Positions 17,336 to 30,894 are shown, counted from the first letter of the stretch. The stretch is DNA of 64,000 nucleotides from Bifidobacteriaceae bacterium (GCA_031272885.1 JAISSX010000059.1:6021-70020); one strand, 5' to 3'. Notes: generated by a model not told the origin, from the sequence alone. Translations and numbers: made by a program.

Positions 17336-18715
17336 TTGTCGGCCCCGGCCCACCCCTATGTCCCCAACGCGGCCCCCCAGGTGCGCGATGCGATGCTGCG
17401 CGCCATCGGGGTGGGTTCGGTGGAGGAACTGTACGGCACCATCCCGCCGGAACTGCGCTTGAAGCGGCCCCTCAACCTGCCGGCCCCATTTGCCTCGGAG
17501 CATGAACTGCGCCGCCACGTCACGGGCCTGCTGGCGGACACCATGCCGGCCGGCCGTACCGTCAGCTTCCTGGGCGCCGGCACCTACCAGCACGATGTGC
17601 CGGAGATCTGCCGCGAAGTGGCCCATCGGGCCGAGTTCCTGACCGACTACGCCGGCGAACCCTACGAGGACCATGGCCGCTGGCAGGCTCTGTTCGAATA
17701 CACCAGCCTGATGGCCGAACTGCTGGAAATGGACGTGGTGTCCATACCCACCTATGACGGCTTCCAGGCCGCGGCCACCGCCCTGCGTATGTCTGTCCGC
17801 CTGACCGGTCGCCGGGTGGTGCTGTTGCCGCAGGTGTTGAACCCGCGCAAGCGGGCCCGCCTTGAGGCCTTCCTGGATGGCTTCGCCCAGGTGGAGCAGG
17901 TGCCGTGCGACCCGGCTACGGGCACAGCCGACCTGGACGCGCTGGGTCAACTGCTGGACAAGCAGGTGGCGGGCGTCTACGTCGAAACCCCCAATGCGGT
18001 GGGCGCCATCGAAACCCAACTGGACGCCATCGCCCACCTGGCCCACCGGCAGGGCGCCGTGCTGGTGGCCGGCACCGAGCCGCTGGCGTTGGGTTACCTG
18101 ACGCCGCCGGCCCGGCAGGGGGCGGACATTGTCTGTGGTGACCTGCAGGCCCTGGGCTTGGGGCTGGCTTTCGGTGGCGCGCGCGGCGGCTTCATCGCTG
18201 TTCACGACGAACCCCAGTTCGTGTTCGAACTGCCCACCCGCCTGTTCGGCCTGGCACCCACCACGCACGCCGATGAGATCGGGTTTGCCGATGTCGCCTA
18301 CGAGCGCACGTCGTTGGCTCGCCGCGAGGAGGGGGTTGAGTGGGTCGGTACGGCCGCCGCCCTCAGCGGCATCACCGCCGCCGTCTACCTGTCCCTGTTG
18401 GGCCCGGACGGGCTGGCCGAACTGGGTGAAGCGGTGGCCGCGTTGACGGCCTACACCATGGACCAGTTGGCCGCTATCCCCGGGGTGGAGGTGCCGTTCG
18501 GGGCGGCGCCGCACTGGCGCGAGTTTGCCGTCCGCTACCGGGCGCCGGTTGCCACCGTCAACCGGCTGCTGCGCCACCATGGCATCACCGGCGGCAGCGG
18601 CCCGGAAGAGGTACCCGCCCTGGGCGGCAACGCCTCGCTGTTGGCCGTCACCGAGGTCCACTCGAAGGCGGACATCGACCTGTTGGCCAGCGCCCTGCGG
18701 GGGGTGATGGCATGA
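17336..18715 (+). CDS. gcvPA: Glycine dehydrogenase (aminomethyl-transferring) subunit 1
   Basis: TTG start with AAGGAG 9 nt upstream. HPYVPNAAPQVRDAMLRAIGV...ELYGTIPPELRL and SFLGAGTYQH are typical of GcvPA. Confidence 0.85.
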   Translation: MSAPAHPYVPNAAPQVRDAMLRAIGVGSVEELYGTIPPELRLKRPLNLPAPFASEHELRRHVTGLLADTMPAGRTVSFLGAGTYQHDVPEICREVAHRAEFLTDYAGEPYEDHGRWQALFEYTSLMAELLEMDVVSIPTYDGFQAAATALRMSVRLTGRRVVLLPQVLNPRKRARLEAFLDGFAQVEQVPCDPATGTADLDALGQLLDKQVAGVYVETPNAVGAIETQLDAIAHLAHRQGAVLVAGTEPLALGYLTPPARQGADIVCGDLQALGLGLAFGGARGGFIAVHDEPQFVFELPTRLFGLAPTTHADEIGFADVAYERTSLARREEGVEWVGTAAALSGITAAVYLSLLGPDGLAELGEAVAALTAYTMDQLAAIPGVEVPFGAAPHWREFAVRYRAPVATVNRLLRHHGITGGSGPEEVPALGGNASLLAVTEVHSKADIDLLASALRGVMA

Positions 18716-20382
18716 CGCGCCCTGCGGACATGCGCCGCCTGACCGGCGCCGCGGCCGTCTCGGCCCCCCGCAACTACCACGCCGCCCGCTGGAACGAGCC
18801 GCTCATCTTCGCCCTGGACGCACCTGGCCAGCGCGGCGTGATTCCACCGGCCGCCCCAGTTGAACTGCGGCAACGCCTGGCTGACAGCACACCGCCGCAG
18901 GCCCCCTGGCGCCGCACCGACCAGCCCAACCTGCCGCGGGTGGCCCAGCCGCAGGTGCTGCGGCACTTCCTGCGCCTGTCGCAGGAGGCCCTGGGGGCTG
19001 ACCTGAACGTGGATATCGGCCAAGGCACCTGCACCATGAAATACAGCCCCAAGGTGCATGAAGCCCTGGTGGCTGAACCGGGCCTGGCCGAGGCCCACCC
19101 GCTGCAACCAGCCGAAACGGTGCAGGGCCTGCTGCGCATCCTGAGCGAGTTGGAAGGCTACCTGGCCGAGATCACTGGCATGGACGCCGTCTGCCTGCAA
19201 CCGGGCGGCGGTTCGCTGGCCATCTTCACCAACGTCCAGATGGTGCAGGCCTACCACCGCTCCAGGGGCGATGGCGACCAGCGCAGCGAGGTCATCACCA
19301 CCGCCTTCTCGCATCCCTCCAACGCCGCCGCCGCCCGCACCGCCGGCTACAGGGTGGTGACCCTGCCGGTGGGGCAGAAGGGCTATGTCACCCTGGATGC
19401 CTTCAAGGAGGTGCTGACCGCCCGCACCGCCGCCATCTTGGTGACCAATCCGGAGGACACCGGTGTGTTCAACCCGGACATGGGCCGCATCGTGGCGGCC
19501 ACCCACGCGGTTGGCGCCTTGGCGGTCTACGACCAGGCCAACGCCAACGGCCTGTTGGGAGTCACCCGGGCGGGCGATGCCGGGTTCGACCTGGGTCAAC
19601 TCAACCTGCACAAGACGTTCTCCACCCCGCACGCCAGCGGCGGTCCGGCCAGCGGCGCCATCCTGGCCAGCCGGGCCCTTGCCCCCTTCCTGCCCGGTCC
19701 GCGGGTGGCCCGGGATGCGCTGGGCCGCTTCCGCTGGGAGCCGGCCGGGCCGTTGGCGGTGGCGCCGGCCCACCCCGCCCACGGCGTGATGGCCAACGTG
19801 GTGCGGGCCTACGCCTGGATCAGGGCGTTGGGGGCGGAGGGCCTGCTCCAGGTGTCGCATACGGCGGTGTTGAACAACAACTATGTGCTGGCCCAGTTGG
19901 CCAAGGTCGATGGCGTGGCACCGTCGTTCCTGCGGCCGGGTGCCCGGCCCATCGAACAGGTGCGTTATTCGTGGGCCGAACTGGCGGCCGAGACGGGTGT
20001 GACCTCGGCCGAACTAGGGCAGCGGATGGCGGACTACGGCCTGCACTATTGGACTTCGCATCACCCGTACCTGGTGCCGGAACCGGCCACCATCGAACCG
20101 ACCGAGTCATATTCAAAGGCCGAACTGGACGAGTTCGTGGCCGCCCTCAAGCTGACCGCCCGCGAGGCCCGGGTCAACCCGAAAGGCATCCAGGCCGCGC
20201 CGCAGCGCTCGTCGGTGCATCAGATCGACCCGGAAGCGATGAGCGACCCAGACACTTGGGCCACCTCGTGGCGGGCCTACCGGCGCAAGTATCTGAGCCA
20301 GGGCGAAGCGGTGCCGGAGCATTGGCGACCCGGCCCGGACACCCCTAAGAAGCCGCGCCCGCCCAAGGCGTTCCACCGCTGA
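18712..20382 (+). CDS. gcvPB: Glycine dehydrogenase (aminomethyl-transferring) subunit 2, with a basic Pro-rich C-terminal extension
   Basis: ATGA overlap with gcvPA. NYHAARWNEPLIF, GQGTCTMKYSPKV, and the PLP-lysine context NLHKTFSTPHASGGP. Confidence 0.85.
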   Translation: MTRPADMRRLTGAAAVSAPRNYHAARWNEPLIFALDAPGQRGVIPPAAPVELRQRLADSTPPQAPWRRTDQPNLPRVAQPQVLRHFLRLSQEALGADLNVDIGQGTCTMKYSPKVHEALVAEPGLAEAHPLQPAETVQGLLRILSELEGYLAEITGMDAVCLQPGGGSLAIFTNVQMVQAYHRSRGDGDQRSEVITTAFSHPSNAAAARTAGYRVVTLPVGQKGYVTLDAFKEVLTARTAAILVTNPEDTGVFNPDMGRIVAATHAVGALAVYDQANANGLLGVTRAGDAGFDLGQLNLHKTFSTPHASGGPASGAILASRALAPFLPGPRVARDALGRFRWEPAGPLAVAPAHPAHGVMANVVRAYAWIRALGAEGLLQVSHTAVLNNNYVLAQLAKVDGVAPSFLRPGARPIEQVRYSWAELAAETGVTSAELGQRMADYGLHYWTSHHPYLVPEPATIEPTESYSKAELDEFVAALKLTAREARVNPKGIQAAPQRSSVHQIDPEAMSDPDTWATSWRAYRRKYLSQGEAVPEHWRPGPDTPKKPRPPKAFHR

Positions 20383-20450
20383 CCTGCCGCCAGCGGCTAA
20401 GGCCACCGGGCGGCATCGGGCACAGATCACCCAGCCCAGCACGAAAAGAA

Positions 20451-20489
20451 GGGCGCCGGCCGCGGGCGCGAGAAGTGCGGCCGGCGCCC
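20451..20489 (-). terminator. Intrinsic terminator downstream of aceB
   Basis: Perfect 13-bp stem gggcgccggccgc / gcggccggcgccc. On the minus strand the stem is followed by TTCTTTTCGT. Confidence 0.65.
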
Positions 20490-20561
20490 CTTGGAGAGAG
20501 AACGGGCTCTCTCGGCACGGTTCTGCCGGGAAGGACAGGACCGTGTGGTCCCGGGATGCGG

Positions 20562-22229
<1,668 letters not shown>

Positions 22230-22281
22230 GTCAGTACTCCTCGTTGGGGGCCTGCTGGGGTGGTCTGTTGGGACCTGGGGT

Positions 22282-22320
22282 GCCGCCTGGGGGCTTTGGT
22301 TGCCTCGGCCCCCAGGCGGC
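22282..22320 (-). other. Intercistronic hairpin between aceA and aceB
   Basis: Perfect 13-bp stem gccgcctgggggc / gcccccaggcggc with a 13-nt loop. Confidence 0.4.
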
Positions 22321-22329
22321 GGGGGTCCG

Positions 22330-23619
<1,290 letters not shown>

Positions 23620-23718
23620 GGTGTGTTCCTTCGATTGGTGGTGGTGAGGAACGCGGGGTCGCGCCCAGATAGTTCGACACTAAGAGACTTCTTCAGGGCA
23701 ACAAGGCGAATTCAGGAT

Positions 23719-23738
23719 GGAAATATGGCCAGATTTCC
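23719..23738. promoter_or_regulatory. Candidate operator in the aceA/ramB divergent promoter
   Basis: Inverted repeat GGAAAT-n8-ATTTCC (ggaaatatggccagatttcc) in an AT-enriched intergenic region. Confidence 0.25.
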
Positions 23739-23779
23739 GCAGAATGGAAGCAACCCCCTTCTATCGCTAAGATTTGGTC

Positions 23780-25264
23780 ATGGCAACCCCAACAGAAGCC
23801 CCAATCAGCTCAGCGGTTGGTCAAACCCTGGGCATCGATCCCCTGGTGCTGGGCCGCCGCATCCGCTACCTGCGCAGCCGCAAGCAGATGAGCCTGGAGG
23901 ACCTGGGCGCCATGGTGGGCCGGGCGCCATCGGGCATCAGCGCCATCGAGAACGGCCACCGCATCCCCAACCTGGCCCAACTGTCCGCCCTGGCCGGCGT
24001 GCTGGGGGTGCCGGCCCGGGACCTGTTGGACCCAGAGCCGCCCACCACCCGGGACGCCGAAGAGATCGAATGGGAGCACTTCCAGCGCTCGCCCGAATAT
24101 GTCGCCAGCGGGCTGCCGCAGGTCAAGGTCACCCGCACCACGCCACCCGAAGTGCTGGGCGCGTTGCTGGGCCTGGTGCGTCTGTTGGCCCGCCTGCGCG
24201 AGGAACGCATCGCCACCCCGGAAGAGGCCCGCCGGGCCAACGCCGCCCTGCGCCTGGAGATGCGCGCGGCCGGTGACTACTTCCCCGAACTGGAGGTGGT
24301 GGCGCGCAAGCTGGTGGACCTGTCCGGCCGGGACGAGGGCGAACCGCTGGGCCACCGGCACCTGGCGCAGATGACCCAGCGCCTGGGCTTCGAGGTGGTG
24401 TATGCGGATGACTGCCCCTCAACCACAAGGTCCGTCCTTGACCTGCGCGGCCGGCGCATCTACCTGCCCAAACTGCCGGCCGAGGTCACTGGCGACCACC
24501 GCTCGGCCCTGCTTCAGGCCATGGCCGGCTACGTGCTGGACCACAAGGAGCCGGCCGATTACAAGGCGTTCCTACGTCAGCGCGTGGAGGCCAACTACCT
24601 GGCGGCGGCGGTGCTGATGCCGGAAGCCGAGGCGGCGCCGTTCTTGACCGCCGCCAAGGCCGCCCGCGAACTGTCGCCCGAGGCCTTCCGTGACCGCTTC
24701 ATCGTGTCGTACGAGATGGCGGCCCACCGCTTCATCAACCTGGCCACCCGCCACCTGGGCATCGAGGTGCACTTCGCCAAGGTGCACTCCAGCGGCGTGA
24801 TCCACAAGGTCTATGAGAACGACGGCATGCTGTTCCCGGTTGACCCGCTGGGCGCCATCGAGGGCCAGTTTGTCTGCCGCTACTGGACCGGCCGCACGGT
24901 GTTCGACGCCATCGGCGAGGCCGATCGCTACGCCCAGTACACCGATACGCCGGTGGGCACCTTCTGGGACACCTCCCACATCAAGCGGGCCAAGGACGGC
25001 GTCTTTTCGGTTTCGGTCGGTTGCCGGTTCGATGACGCCCGCTTCTTCCTGGGGCGCGACACCCGCCACCGGATGCGGTCCGGCTGCCCGGACCCGAACT
25101 GCTGCCAACTGCCGCCGCCGGACCTAGAGGCAGAGTGGAAGGCCGCCGCCTGGCCGTCCGCCCGGCCGCACAGTTCCGTGCTGACGGCCATGCCTGCCGG
25201 CGCCTTCCCAGGGGTAGACCTGACGGACGTCTACGAGTTCCTGGACCGCCACGCCCAGGAGTAG
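23780..25264 (+). CDS. ramB: XRE-HTH / ImmA-IrrE-like (DUF955) regulator of the RamB / short-chain-acyl regulator type
   Basis: N-terminal HTH (LGRRIRYLRSRKQMSLEDLGAMVGRAPSGISAIENGHRIP). About 490 aa, divergent from isocitrate lyase as in Corynebacterium and Mycobacterium. ATG at 23780 preferred over TTG at 23774. Confidence 0.7.
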   Translation: MATPTEAPISSAVGQTLGIDPLVLGRRIRYLRSRKQMSLEDLGAMVGRAPSGISAIENGHRIPNLAQLSALAGVLGVPARDLLDPEPPTTRDAEEIEWEHFQRSPEYVASGLPQVKVTRTTPPEVLGALLGLVRLLARLREERIATPEEARRANAALRLEMRAAGDYFPELEVVARKLVDLSGRDEGEPLGHRHLAQMTQRLGFEVVYADDCPSTTRSVLDLRGRRIYLPKLPAEVTGDHRSALLQAMAGYVLDHKEPADYKAFLRQRVEANYLAAAVLMPEAEAAPFLTAAKAARELSPEAFRDRFIVSYEMAAHRFINLATRHLGIEVHFAKVHSSGVIHKVYENDGMLFPVDPLGAIEGQFVCRYWTGRTVFDAIGEADRYAQYTDTPVGTFWDTSHIKRAKDGVFSVSVGCRFDDARFFLGRDTRHRMRSGCPDPNCCQLPPPDLEAEWKAAAWPSARPHSSVLTAMPAGAFPGVDLTDVYEFLDRHAQE

Positions 25265-25315
25265 GGCTAGGCGCTGTGGGCATGGGGGCCGCCGGGTTTG
25301 CCATACTGGGTTGCC

Positions 25316-25924
25316 ATGAGCACCGCCGCCAAGCCAGCCGCGCCGGGCCGCCGGCCCGATGGCGAGGCTAAACGCCTGCAGATTCTCGATGCCGCGGTCA
25401 AGGTGTTCGGGGCGGGCGGCTCGGCGGCGTTGACGCACCGGTCGGTGGCGGCGGCGGCTGGGGTGCCGCTGGGTTCCACCACCTACTACTTCAAGGGCCG
25501 GGACGATCTGGTGCGCCAGACCGTGCACCACGCCATGACGGTGGAGGGTGAGCGGCTGCGCGGCATCGTGGACGCCTTCACCGGGCCGTTGACGGTGGAG
25601 ACTTCCACCACGGTGTTGACGGAGATGTTCTTGGACAAGACGGAGGCCGATCCGGATTACGACCTGGCCCTGTTCGAACTGTTCATGGAGGCCACCCGGA
25701 ACCAGAACGCCCGGGAGGAGACGCGGGCCTGGACGGTCCTGCTGGCGGACCTGATCGACCGGGTGTTGGTGCCCACCCGGCCGGAGGTGCCCCGGCCGGT
25801 GGCGGTGCAGATCGTGGCGGCGGCCGTTGACGGCCTGATGCTGGAGGCCGTGGCAAACCGGCAGCTTACCCTGGCTGACCTGCGAGAACACCTGTTGACG
25901 GTAATCAAGGCCCTGGCCGCCTAG
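25316..25924 (+). CDS. TetR-family transcriptional regulator (candidate AguR-like)
   Basis: TetR HTH ILDAAVKVFGAGGSAALTHRSVAAAAGVPLGSTTYYF. Immediately upstream of the agmatine deiminase cluster. Confidence 0.8.
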   Translation: MSTAAKPAAPGRRPDGEAKRLQILDAAVKVFGAGGSAALTHRSVAAAAGVPLGSTTYYFKGRDDLVRQTVHHAMTVEGERLRGIVDAFTGPLTVETSTTVLTEMFLDKTEADPDYDLALFELFMEATRNQNAREETRAWTVLLADLIDRVLVPTRPEVPRPVAVQIVAAAVDGLMLEAVANRQLTLADLREHLLTVIKALAA

Positions 25925-25994
25925 CGTGGCCCACTACGCTGCCCCAGAACATCACACCGGAAATGTGACGCAAACAGTTGACAACGCCATCGGG

Positions 25995-26034
25995 AACGTT
26001 GTACGTTATGTCCAAGGTTGTACGCAAGGTACAA
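25995..26034. promoter_or_regulatory. Candidate operator(s) upstream of the APC transporter gene
   Basis: aacgttgtacgtt (AACGT-n3-ACGTT) at 25995-26007 and ttgtacgcaaggtacaa (TTGTAC-n5-GTACAA) at 26018-26034, in a locally AT-richer region. Confidence 0.3.
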
Positions 26035-26059
26035 AGTAAACTAGGCAAGGAAGCCGACC

Positions 26060-27598
26060 ATGACATCGCCAGCCACGGCAGCCCCGGCCAAGCAGTTCCG
26101 CATGTTCGACATGATCTTCTTCGCGGTCACCGCCATGCTGTTGTTGTCGCAGCTTGGCCTGACCGCCACCATTGGCCCAACCGCCGTCTTCTGGACGGTT
26201 GTGGTGATCATCCTGTTCTTTGTGCCCTATGCCCTGGTGACAGCCGAACTCGGCTCCACCTACCCAGACTCGGGCGGCATCTACGCCTGGGTGGTGCGGG
26301 CTTTCGGCAACCGCTGGGGGTCGCGCGTCTCCTGGTGGTACTGGCTCAACGTGGCCCTGTGGGTGCCCAGCGTCTACCTACTGTTCTCCGAGACCCTGTC
26401 CGCCCTGTTCTTCGACGGCGGGCTCAACTACTGGGTCCAGGTGGCGATCACCCTGGCTCTGGTGTGGATCGGCTGCTGGATCAACCTGCGCGGCCTCAAG
26501 TCAGGCGGCACGCTGGTCTCCACCACCGGCGCCATCATCACCATGGCGGTGATTGTGATCCTGGCCGTGGGCGGTGGCATTTACGCCGCCAACCACGGCA
26601 GCGCCACCGAGTGGTCGCTTTCCGCCATCGTGCCCTCGAACAGCGATGCCCTGCCGGTGATGGCCCTAGCCCTGAGCGTCATCGTCTACAACTTCCTGGG
26701 CTTTGAGCTGATGTCCAGCGCCTCCACCCAGATGCGCAACCCCAAGCGGGACGTGCCCAAGGCGATCGTCATTGCCGGCGCCATGATCGGCGGCTTCTAC
26801 CTGCTGGCCACGGTAGGCATGCAACTGGTCATCCCGGCCGATGAGATCAGCGAGACTTCAGGCGTGATCGATGTCATCACGTTGATCATGGGTGACTCGG
26901 CCGTGGGCAAGGGTGTGGCCGCCGCACTGGGTATCGGTGCCCTGTTCTGCTTCTTCGCTTGTCTGATCCCGTGGACCATCGGTGCCAACATCGCCGCCCA
27001 GGAATCCGGCCAGTGGGGCGACCTGCCGAGGATCTTCTCCCTCACCCACAAGAAGCGTGACACCCCGCTGGGGGCGGCCGTGCTGCTGGCCGTGGTCAGC
27101 ACCGTGGTGACCCTGCTCTACGCGGTCTTCTCCGAGTATGTGGGCGGAGAGATCAGCGAGCTGTTCATCACCCTGTTCTACTTCAGCTCGGTCATCTTCC
27201 TGCTGCCGTACATCGTCATGATGCTGGCCTTCCACAAGCTACGCCGCACCGACCCCGGCCGGGAACGGCCCTACCGCATCCCGGGCGGCAAGGGTTTCAC
27301 GGCCGTTATCACCTTGGTGCCCACCGTGATCTTGGCCGCGGCCGCCTTCTTCTTCATCATCGACCCGTTCAGCGAGGACGTGGGCGAATACTTCAGGACC
27401 TGGACCCTGCCCATCCTGGTGGGCGTGGTCATCGCGGTCATCATCCAAGAGATCTTCTGTGCCAAGTCCCGCACCTGGATTCGCCAGCGGGCGGTAGAAC
27501 GCGGCGAGGATCCGGACCATCCGGTGTCGCCTTTCCTGGATGCCGGTGGCGCCCCGGAGGCCGATGCCGCCCCGCCGGCCCCCGTCATCGCCCAGTAG
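26060..27598 (+). CDS. aguD: APC-superfamily amino acid/polyamine transporter, probable agmatine:putrescine antiporter
   Basis: 512 aa, about 12 TM segments. First gene of a cluster with ptcA, carbamate kinase and aguA. Confidence 0.7.
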   Translation: MTSPATAAPAKQFRMFDMIFFAVTAMLLLSQLGLTATIGPTAVFWTVVVIILFFVPYALVTAELGSTYPDSGGIYAWVVRAFGNRWGSRVSWWYWLNVALWVPSVYLLFSETLSALFFDGGLNYWVQVAITLALVWIGCWINLRGLKSGGTLVSTTGAIITMAVIVILAVGGGIYAANHGSATEWSLSAIVPSNSDALPVMALALSVIVYNFLGFELMSSASTQMRNPKRDVPKAIVIAGAMIGGFYLLATVGMQLVIPADEISETSGVIDVITLIMGDSAVGKGVAAALGIGALFCFFACLIPWTIGANIAAQESGQWGDLPRIFSLTHKKRDTPLGAAVLLAVVSTVVTLLYAVFSEYVGGEISELFITLFYFSSVIFLLPYIVMMLAFHKLRRTDPGRERPYRIPGGKGFTAVITLVPTVILAAAAFFFIIDPFSEDVGEYFRTWTLPILVGVVIAVIIQEIFCAKSRTWIRQRAVERGEDPDHPVSPFLDAGGAPEADAAPPAPVIAQ

Positions 27599-27700
27599 CT
27601 ACCAACCCGTCTCACCACTTGGGGACCACCCCCAAGCGGCCAAACACACCCTCTTTCATCCCGAAACCCCTGTTCAACCCCAAGAAAGGCAGCCCGCACC

Positions 27701-28717
27701 ATGGCCGTCAAGGACTACATCGACACCACCGATTTCACCAAGGAGCAACTGCTGGCGATGGCGCAGCTTGGCCTGGAACTGAAGGCCGCCATCGCCGCCG
27801 GCTACTACCCGCCGCTGCTGGCCAACAAGACGTTGGGCATGATCTTCGAACAGTCATCCACCCGCACCCGGGTCAGCTTCGAGACCGCCATGACCCAACT
27901 GGGTGGCCACGCCCAATACCTGGCGCCCGGTCAGATCCAACTGGGTGGCCACGAAACCATGGAGGACACCGCCCGGGTGCTGTCCCGCCTGGTGGACATC
28001 CTGATGGCCCGGGTGGAACGCCACGCCACCGTGGTCAACCTGGCCAAACACGCCACCATCCCGGTGTTGAACGGCATGAGCGACTACAACCACCCCACCC
28101 AGGAACTGGGTGACCTCATCACCATGATGGAACACCTGCCGGCCGGCAAGAAGCTGGAGGACTGCAAGGTGGTGTTTGTCGGTGACGCCACCCAGGTGTG
28201 CGTTTCGCTGATGTTCATCACCACCAAGATGGGCATGGACTTTGTCCACTTCGGCCCCAAGGGTTTCCAGGTCAAGGAAGACGTGTTGGCCATCGCCCGG
28301 GCCAACTGTGAGGTTTCGGGTGGCTCGGTCACCGTTACGGAAGATGCCGACCTGGCCATGGCTGGGGCTGACTTTGTCTACACCGACGTCTGGTACGGGC
28401 TCTATGAGGCCGAACTCAGCTACGACCAGCGTATGGCCATCTTCTTCCCGAAGTACCAGGTCAACGAGGCGTTGTTGGCCAAGGCGCAACCGCACGTCAA
28501 GTTCATGCACTGCCTGCCCGCCTCCCGCGGCGAGGAGGTCACCGACCAGGTGTTGGACGGCCCGGCGTCGATCGCGTTCGACGAGGCCGGCAACCGCCTC
28601 ACCGCCATGCGGGCCCTGCTGGTCTACTTCCTGCGGCCCACGGTGCCCGATGCCGCGGCCGTCGCAGCCGCCAAGGCCTCCCTGGACGCCCGGCTGGCCG
28701 GGCTACCGGCGCTGTAG
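27701..28717 (+). CDS. ptcA: Putrescine carbamoyltransferase
   Basis: Transcarbamoylase motifs [14 protein letters not shown] and HCLPA. The ornithine-binding DVWxSMG loop is replaced by [10 protein letters not shown], the PTCase-type variant. Confidence 0.85.
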   Translation: MAVKDYIDTTDFTKEQLLAMAQLGLELKAAIAAGYYPPLLANKTLGMIFEQSSTRTRVSFETAMTQLGGHAQYLAPGQIQLGGHETMEDTARVLSRLVDILMARVERHATVVNLAKHATIPVLNGMSDYNHPTQELGDLITMMEHLPAGKKLEDCKVVFVGDATQVCVSLMFITTKMGMDFVHFGPKGFQVKEDVLAIARANCEVSGGSVTVTEDADLAMAGADFVYTDVWYGLYEAELSYDQRMAIFFPKYQVNEALLAKAQPHVKFMHCLPASRGEEVTDQVLDGPASIAFDEAGNRLTAMRALLVYFLRPTVPDAAAVAAAKASLDARLAGLPAL

Positions 28718-28742
28718 GCGCCGCACCGAACAGGAGACGGCC

Positions 28743-29690
28743 ATGTCCAGCGACCCGCGCATCGTCATCGCCTTGGGTGGCAACGCCCTGGGGGATAACC
28801 CGGCGGAGCAGCGCCGCGCCATCGACGCCGCCGCGCCGGCCCTGGTGGGGCTGATTGCCCAGGGTTACGAGATCATCGTCACCCACGGCAACGGACCCCA
28901 GGTGGGCGCCATCCACCAGGCCTTCGCCACGGCGGCCGCGGCCGGCGGCAAGATGGGTCCGGTTGGCCTGGCCGAATGCACCGCCATGAGCCAGGGCTAC
29001 ATCGGCTACCAACTGCAGCAGGGCATTGCCCGCCAACTGCGCCTGGCCGGCATGCCGTGGCATGTCGCCACCGTGGTGACCCAGGTGGAGGTGGCGGCCG
29101 ATGACCCGGCGTTCGGCGACCCGACCAAGCCGGTGGGTGCGTTCGTCGATGAGGCCACCGCGCGGGCGGCCATGGCGGCCAACCCCGGCGTCAAGTACGT
29201 GGACGATGCCGGGCGCGGCTGGCGGCGGGTGGTTGCCTCGCCGCGGCCCATCGGCATCGTGGAACGCGACTCGATCCTGAACCTGCTGGACCACGAGTTC
29301 ATCGTCATCGCCTGCGGTGGCGGTGGTGTGCCGGTAGTCCGTGACCCGGCCGGTGACTTCCGCGGCGTCGAGGCCGTGGTGGACAAGGATTTCGCCGCCG
29401 CCACCCTGGCCCAGGCCTGCGGTGCGCATGACCTGTTCATCCTGACGGCGGTGGACCGAGTAGCGGTGGGCTGGGGCACCCCGGCGCAGCGCGACCTAGA
29501 ATCCCTGTCCGCCGCCGAGGCCGAGGCGCTGGCCGCCGCCGGCGAGTTCGGCGCCGGTTCCATGCTGCCCAAGATCCGGGCCGCCATCGGCTTTGTCCGG
29601 TCTGGCCCGGACCGGCGGGCCACCATCTGTTCCCTGGCCGGTGCGCCGCACGCCATGGCGGGCAACGCCGGCACCCTGATCCACGCGTAA
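28743..29690 (+). CDS. arcC: Carbamate kinase
   Basis: MSSDPRIVIALGGNALG...ITHGNGPQVG. The track ORF (28242..) is over-extended into ptcA; the in-frame ATG at 28743 is the plausible start. Confidence 0.9.
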   Translation: MSSDPRIVIALGGNALGDNPAEQRRAIDAAAPALVGLIAQGYEIIVTHGNGPQVGAIHQAFATAAAAGGKMGPVGLAECTAMSQGYIGYQLQQGIARQLRLAGMPWHVATVVTQVEVAADDPAFGDPTKPVGAFVDEATARAAMAANPGVKYVDDAGRGWRRVVASPRPIGIVERDSILNLLDHEFIVIACGGGGVPVVRDPAGDFRGVEAVVDKDFAAATLAQACGAHDLFILTAVDRVAVGWGTPAQRDLESLSAAEAEALAAAGEFGAGSMLPKIRAAIGFVRSGPDRRATICSLAGAPHAMAGNAGTLIHA

Positions 29691-29719
29691 CCTAACCACT
29701 AGAGCCAAAGGACAAGACC

Positions 29720-30811
29720 ATGTCGATCACCCACACCACCACCCCCGCCGCTGACGGCTTCCACATGCCGGCCGAATGGGCCGCCCAGGCCGGTTGCTGG
29801 ATGATCTGGCCCGAACGCCCGGACAACTGGCGCCTGGGGGGCAAGCCCGCCCAAGAGGTCTTTGCCCAGGTGGCCAGCGCCATCGCCGAATACGAGCCGG
29901 TCACCATGCTGGTCAGCGCCGGGCAGTTTCAGAACGCCCGCTCCCACTTGCCGGAGACGGTCCGGGTGATCGAAATGTCGAACGATGATTCCTGGATGCG
30001 GGACGTGGGCCCCACCTTCGTGGTGGACCCGGCCGGCCGCAAGCGCGGCGTCGACTGGATCTTCAACGCCTGGGGCGGTCTGGTGGATGGCCTGTACTTC
30101 CCCTGGGACAAGGATGACGCCATCGCCCAGAAGACGCTGGAGATCGAGGGGGTTGACCGCTACCGGGCGCCGCTGGTGTTGGAGGGCGGGTCCATCGACG
30201 TGGACGGCGAGGGCACCGTCATTGTGACCGAAGAATGCCTGCTGTCGGAGGGCCGCAACCCTGACTTGACCCGCGAGCAGATTGAACAACACCTGAAGGA
30301 CTACCTGGGTGTCAGCGTGGTGATTTGGCTGCCGTATGGCGTCTACCTGGATGAGACCAACGGCCACACCGACAACTTCTGCCGCTTCGTGGCGCCCGGC
30401 AAGGTCATGCTGACCTGGACCGATGACGTGTCCGACCCACAGTATGAACGGTCCGCCGCGGCGCTGCGGATCCTTGAGTCAGCGGTGGACGCGCAGGGCC
30501 GGCACCTGGAGGTGGTCAAGATCCACCAGCCGGGCCCCATCTTCATCACGGCCGAAGAGTCCGCCGGGGTCGATGCCGTGGACGGCACCCTGCCGCGGCA
30601 GGAAGGCGACCGGCTGGCCGGCTCCTACGTCAACAGCTACATCGGCAACGATGTGGTCATCCTGCCGCTGTTCGACGATGTGCACGATGACGCGGCCGTC
30701 CTGGCGTACAAGGACATGTTCCCGGGCCGCGCGATTGTGACCGTGCCCGGCCGCGAGATTCTGCTGGGCGGCGGCAACGTCCACTGCATCACCCAGCAAC
30801 AACCCGCCTAA
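29720..30811 (+). CDS. aguA: Agmatine deiminase
   Basis: [25 protein letters not shown], and C-terminal [13 protein letters not shown] (catalytic Cys). Confidence 0.9.
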   Translation: MSITHTTTPAADGFHMPAEWAAQAGCWMIWPERPDNWRLGGKPAQEVFAQVASAIAEYEPVTMLVSAGQFQNARSHLPETVRVIEMSNDDSWMRDVGPTFVVDPAGRKRGVDWIFNAWGGLVDGLYFPWDKDDAIAQKTLEIEGVDRYRAPLVLEGGSIDVDGEGTVIVTEECLLSEGRNPDLTREQIEQHLKDYLGVSVVIWLPYGVYLDETNGHTDNFCRFVAPGKVMLTWTDDVSDPQYERSAAALRILESAVDAQGRHLEVVKIHQPGPIFITAEESAGVDAVDGTLPRQEGDRLAGSYVNSYIGNDVVILPLFDDVHDDAAVLAYKDMFPGRAIVTVPGREILLGGGNVHCITQQQPA

Positions 30812-30894
30812 TTTCACCCCTGCCGCCCGGCGCGGGTCCCGTGTGACCGGGGCCCCGGCCCCGGCCTCCACTCACCCCTTGGAAGGACACCCCT

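Noticed and set aside
28242-28742. The 482-aa version of the carbamate kinase ORF.
   Set aside because: The first 167 codons overlap ptcA in another frame and are Pro/Arg/Ser-rich. The canonical carbamate kinase N-terminus (MSSDPRIVIALGGNALG) starts at the in-frame ATG 28743.
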